Below are positions 37,238-40,520 of a stretch of 40,520 nucleotides of DNA, in pieces (position 1 is the stretch's first letter; every line of letters starts with the position of its first letter). Made by a program: the position numbers and the translations under genes. Origin of the DNA: Actinomycetota bacterium (lineage in GTDB: Bacteria > Actinomycetota > Actinomycetes > S36-B12 > UBA5976); the NCBI GenBank assembly GCA_041181965.1, contig JBEGON010000135.1, positions 1 through 40,520 on the forward strand, in the 5' to 3' direction. The notes beneath the pieces were generated by a model. That model did not search any database, was not told where the DNA came from, and saw nothing but the letters and a program-made list of their open reading frames with translations.

Positions 37238-37255
37238 CCCCCAAGGAGGTGGGGG
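37238..37255 (+). promoter_or_regulatory. hairpin presenting the Shine-Dalgarno in its loop (CCCCCA-AGGAGG-TGGGGG), 1 nt before ATG 37257
   Basis: A perfect 6-bp GC-rich stem seen directly. The loop is exactly AGGAGG. Confidence 0.4.
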
Positions 37256-37256
37256 C

Positions 37257-37520
37257 ATGCCAGGTCTGCCAGATTCTGAACGAATGCTGCGTCCACGCGA
37301 AGTAGCGGTCCTCTTCAAGGTTGATCCCAAAACCGTAACCCGTTGGGCCAAAACTGGGCGGCTGACGCCTGTGGTCTTGCCGAGTGGGCATCGCCGATAC
37401 CGCGCCTCTGATGTCGAAGCTCTCATGAACAGCACCAACCGCCGAGCACGACATGCAGTACAACATCAATGCCCGCGCTGCGCGAGCATCTTCCTCTGCG
37501 ATCAAACTTCCAACGACTAA
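37257..37520 (+). CDS. bldC: BldC-like MerR/excisionase-type HTH transcriptional regulator
   Basis: LRPREVAVLFKVDPKTVTRWAKTGRL...GHRRYRASDVEAL closely follows the BldC sequence pattern. It lies near purM and DUF3073, as in Streptomyces. The AGGAGG SD favours ATG 37257 over GTG 37227. Confidence 0.75.
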   Translation: MPGLPDSERMLRPREVAVLFKVDPKTVTRWAKTGRLTPVVLPSGHRRYRASDVEALMNSTNRRARHAVQHQCPRCASIFLCDQTSND

Positions 37521-37574
37521 CCAGCCGCCACTACTACGAACGAGACCCTCGGGCTCGGAACGGAATGTGACTCG

Positions 37575-38447
37575 ATGACAACACATCATGACTCGCGACT
37601 TCGCGTAGGCATCATTGGCGTTGGTCGCGTCGGTACCGCTTTAGGTCGCGCTTTACAAAACGCCGGACACGTAGTCGTTGCAGTTCATGCGGTGTCAGAA
37701 CAATCGCAAAATCGCGCGCGTGAATATTTTCCCGCAACTGACATCACGACAGTTGAAGCTCTTGTGCAACAAAGTGATTTGATTCTCTTAGCAGTGCCTG
37801 ATGATGTGCTCGAAGGATTGATCGCGGGAATCGCACAATCTCATGGATTTCGTCACGGACAATGCATTGCACACACAAGTGGTCGTTACGGAATTTCGGT
37901 CTTAACACCAGCAGCTTTGCAGGGTGCTTTAGTAATGGCGCTTCATCCTGCAATGACATTTGTTGGTGTTGACTCCGATATCTATCGGTTGAACGCCTGT
38001 CCATTTGCGGTGACTGCGTCAGATGAGGCACTGGCGATTGCCCAGGCACTCGTGATTGAAATGGGTGGCGACCCGCACATTATTTCCGAGGTTGATCGGG
38101 TGCGCTATCACGCTGCCCTTGCGCATGCATCGAATCATTTAACGACTCTCGTTGTGCAATCACAGGAAATGCTTCGCGATGTAGGTATTGAAAATGCCGG
38201 GAATTTTCTTTCCCCACTAGTGATGGCATCAGCAGAAAATGCCTTGCAAAGCGGGATTTCTGCGCTTACTGGGCCAATTAGTCGTGGTGATGTTGCAACA
38301 GTGAGAGCACATATCGCTGAGTTGCCCACCGGAATTTCGCGCGATACTTACTGCGCACTCGCACTTGCCACCATCGAAGCAGCACGACGCGGCAACCGCA
38401 TCAGTGCGGAACAAGCAGCGCAACTGCGAGCAGTGGTGTCACCATGA
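37575..38447 (+). CDS. Rossmann-fold plus DUF2520 protein (putative oxidoreductase of the pantothenate operon)
   Basis: VGIIGVGRVGTALGRAL dinucleotide-binding motif. It sits immediately upstream of panC and is translationally coupled to it, as is typical in actinobacteria. Confidence 0.7.
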   Translation: MTTHHDSRLRVGIIGVGRVGTALGRALQNAGHVVVAVHAVSEQSQNRAREYFPATDITTVEALVQQSDLILLAVPDDVLEGLIAGIAQSHGFRHGQCIAHTSGRYGISVLTPAALQGALVMALHPAMTFVGVDSDIYRLNACPFAVTASDEALAIAQALVIEMGGDPHIISEVDRVRYHAALAHASNHLTTLVVQSQEMLRDVGIENAGNFLSPLVMASAENALQSGISALTGPISRGDVATVRAHIAELPTGISRDTYCALALATIEAARRGNRISAEQAAQLRAVVSP

Positions 38448-39292
38448 AAATCATCAACACTGTCGCTGACATGAAGTCAATCGCGAAAACAAATAGACGC
38501 GGTGCGGTATTCACCATGGGTGCATTGCATGCCGGACATCGCGCATTGATCGAACAGTGTCGATCTCTTATTGGAGACCAAGGCCAACTTGTTGTTAGCG
38601 TTTTCGTCAATCCCACACAATTTACAAATCAAAACGACTTATTGAAATATCCACGCACGATTGAATCTGATATTCAATTGTGCGAGTCAGCTGGGGTGGA
38701 TTACCTCTTTGTGCCTAGCGTTGATGAGATGTATCCGTCTGGTGTGACTCTTCCACAACTCACGGCTGGAAATCTCGGCACTATTTTGGAAGGTGCATCT
38801 CGGCCAGGACACTTTGATGCGGTCGCCACCGTGGTGCATCGTTTGTTGGACATCACAACACCTGACGTTACGTGTTTTGGTGAAAAGGATTACCAGCAAC
38901 TTGCAGTTGTGCGTGCGATGGTGAAAGCGCACCACATGAAATGTGATGTTGTGGGTGTTGCGACAGTTCGAGATTATGACGGACTCGCTTTGTCGAGCCG
39001 CAATGTCAGACTTACTACTGAACAACGGGCTGCGGCAGTGTGTATTCCTCGAGCACTGGAGGAATGCGCTCGGATTGTCGAAGCCACTGGGGATACAGCG
39101 GACGCGATTGATGCCGGAATCCGGGTTATTTCTGCTGAAAAATCCGCAGTTCTTGACTATTTCGAGATCCGATCAACGGAACTTGCACAATCACCTCAGT
39201 CAGGTGAGGCGAGAGCGCTGGTTGCAGTGTCTTTTGGCGATGTGCGTTTGATTGACAATTACCCAGTGAATATTGGCCGGGTTCAATCATGA
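38444..39292 (+). CDS. panC: pantoate-beta-alanine ligase
   Basis: MGALHAGH (HxGH-type motif), FVNPTQF, and FGEKDYQQ. Confidence 0.92.
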   Translation: MKIINTVADMKSIAKTNRRGAVFTMGALHAGHRALIEQCRSLIGDQGQLVVSVFVNPTQFTNQNDLLKYPRTIESDIQLCESAGVDYLFVPSVDEMYPSGVTLPQLTAGNLGTILEGASRPGHFDAVATVVHRLLDITTPDVTCFGEKDYQQLAVVRAMVKAHHMKCDVVGVATVRDYDGLALSSRNVRLTTEQRAAAVCIPRALEECARIVEATGDTADAIDAGIRVISAEKSAVLDYFEIRSTELAQSPQSGEARALVAVSFGDVRLIDNYPVNIGRVQS

Positions 39293-40520
39293 CCAAAATT
39301 GTTTCCAAACTTCTCGCCCCAGAACCCGGTTGGTTTGCAACGACGGATGTTGTTGTCGTCGGAAGTGGTGTCGCCGGATTGACGGCAGCCATTCAAGCTC
39401 GCGCTGCCGGTTATCACGTGATGCTTGTCACCAAAGCGACTGTGGATCAAGGTTCAACTCGTTGGGCACAAGGCGGAATCGCAGCAGCACTCGATCCGAA
39501 TGATTCGCCAGAACAACATTGGCGCGACACTGTCATTGCTGGTGCTGGTTTGTGTGATGCGGATGCAGTACGCGTACTTGTGAGTGAAGGACCAAATGCA
39601 GTGCGACGTTTGATTGCTCGCGGTGCGCGATTTGATAAAACTGCATCCGGCGAATTAGCACTCACTCGCGAAGGCGGTCACCATCGCAATCGCATTGCAC
39701 ACGCAGGTGGCGATGCGACTGGTGCAGAAATTTCTCGCGCCCTTGTCGATGCTGTGCGTTCTGATGAAGGCATTGAACTTATTGAACATGCATTGGTTCT
39801 TGATTTGCTTGTCGATGATCTTGGCGCAACTCAAGGAATCACTTTGCACGTGATGGGCGAGGGTCAACATGATGGTGTCGGCGCTGTTCTCGCAACAGCA
39901 GTGGTGCTTGCCACTGGTGGCATTGGACAAGTTTTTGCACAGTCGACCAATCCCAAAGTTGCTACCGGCGATGGCATCGCTTTGGCACTCCGCGCGGGAG
40001 CCGCACTTGCAGATTTGGAATTCATTCAATTCCATCCAACCGTCTTGTACATCGGAGACGATGCCGTCGGTCAGCAGCCACTCATTTCTGAAGCTGTGCG
40101 CGGAGAAGGCGCTTTTCTCGTTGATTTTGCTGGAAATCGCTTCATGCAGGACGTGCATGAGCAAGCGGATCTCGCACCTCGTGATGTTGTGGCGAAGGCA
40201 ATCATGCGCAAGATGATTGAAACCAACAAGCCACATATGTGGCTGGACGCTCGCGCGATTGGCGATGCATGGCCAGAACGTTTCCCAACCGTCTTCACTG
40301 CTTTGCTTGAACACAACATTGATCCTCGCGTTGATCTCATTCCGGTTGCACCTGCTCAGCACTATCACTCTGGCGGTATACGTACCGATCTCTATGGCCG
40401 CACTCTGGTACCTGGACTTTTTGCATGTGGTGAAGTGGCATGCACTGGAGTTCATGGTGCGAATCGCCTAGCTTCGAATTCACTGCTTGAAGGATTGGTG
40501 TTTGCAGAAAGAATCGGTGC
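39289..40520 (+). CDS. nadB: L-aspartate oxidase (3' end lies outside the window)
   Basis: My own translation from ATG 39289 gives MTKIVSKLLAPEPGWFATTDVVVVGSGVAGLTAA...TRWAQGGIAAAL...HAGGDATGAEI...EFIQFHPT...HYHSGGI...GEVACTGVHGANRLASNSLLEGLVF. The frame stays open to the window end, so it is absent from the ORF track. The start overlaps the panC stop (ATGA). Confidence 0.9.
   Translation, partial: MTKIVSKLLAPEPGWFATTDVVVVGSGVAGLTAAIQARAAGYHVMLVTKATVDQGSTRWAQGGIAAALDPNDSPEQHWRDTVIAGAGLCDADAVRVLVSEGPNAVRRLIARGARFDKTASGELALTREGGHHRNRIAHAGGDATGAEISRALVDAVRSDEGIELIEHALVLDLLVDDLGATQGITLHVMGEGQHDGVGAVLATAVVLATGGIGQVFAQSTNPKVATGDGIALALRAGAALADLEFIQFHPTVLYIGDDAVGQQPLISEAVRGEGAFLVDFAGNRFMQDVHEQADLAPRDVVAKAIMRKMIETNKPHMWLDARAIGDAWPERFPTVFTALLEHNIDPRVDLIPVAPAQHYHSGGIRTDLYGRTLVPGLFACGEVACTGVHGANRLASNSLLEGLVFAERIG

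Noticed and set aside
37061-37438. N-terminal 126-aa extension of the DUF3073 ORF (ORF track 36851..37438)
   Set aside because: The conserved family sequence starts at MGRGRQKAK (ATG 37060) with its own GAGGGGG SD. The extension runs antisense through the bldC-like gene and its leader.
39655-40455. 266-aa ORF on the minus strand
   Set aside because: It is entirely antisense to the much better supported nadB frame, which has FAD motifs and is open to the window end. The product is Cys/His/Asn-rich with no recognisable motifs, start context or promoter space.

Overview
This is a compact, nearly gap-free chromosomal core segment from an actinobacterium (Actinomycetota). The evidence is dnaK-grpE-dnaJ-hspR with a HAIR-type operator, a bldC-like gene beside DUF3073 and purM, class II fbaA, and many leaderless-type gene starts. 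GC looks near 50 percent by eye (not computed). With the very short spacers this suggests a streamlined genome, possibly a freshwater Microbacteriaceae-like organism, but that is a guess. Left to right: NHL-repeat protein (5' truncated), a DUF3293-like fusion gene plus a small membrane protein (minus strand), DsbA/FrnE-like oxidoreductase, membrane zinc-ribbon protein, dcd, dnaK-grpE-dnaJ-hspR-SDR, a small alpha/beta-like protein, pyrE, two tandem DedA genes, a TrmH-family methyltransferase, an MFS transporter, fbaA, and a GH36 alpha-galactosidase. Next is a phosphate block: a large secreted PhoX-like protein with internal repeat modules, then pstC-pstA-pstB, then pstS. Then follows a near-contiguous purine block (purA, GNAT, class III aminotransferase, purD-purB-purC, purS-purQ-purL, SCP-like gene, purF-purM), then DUF3073 (minus), bldC-like, a DUF2520 Rossmann gene, panC, and nadB (3' truncated and absent from the ORF track because it has no stop in the window). 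I found no rRNA, tRNA, CRISPR array, transposase, integrase, or recognisable defence or toxin-antitoxin genes. I see no convincing wholly new multi-gene system. The least ordinary locus is 16.2-23.5 kb: a PhoX-like enzyme interrupted by phage-tail-like repeat modules, pstS placed after pstCAB, and shared GTTCACC direct repeats. The second notable result is a consistent set of cis-element geometries: TANNNT-N6-start leaderless promoters, a 22-bp back-to-back divergent promoter, shared purD/purF and purA/purS upstream blocks, and an 18-bp palindrome made of two convergent gene ends.
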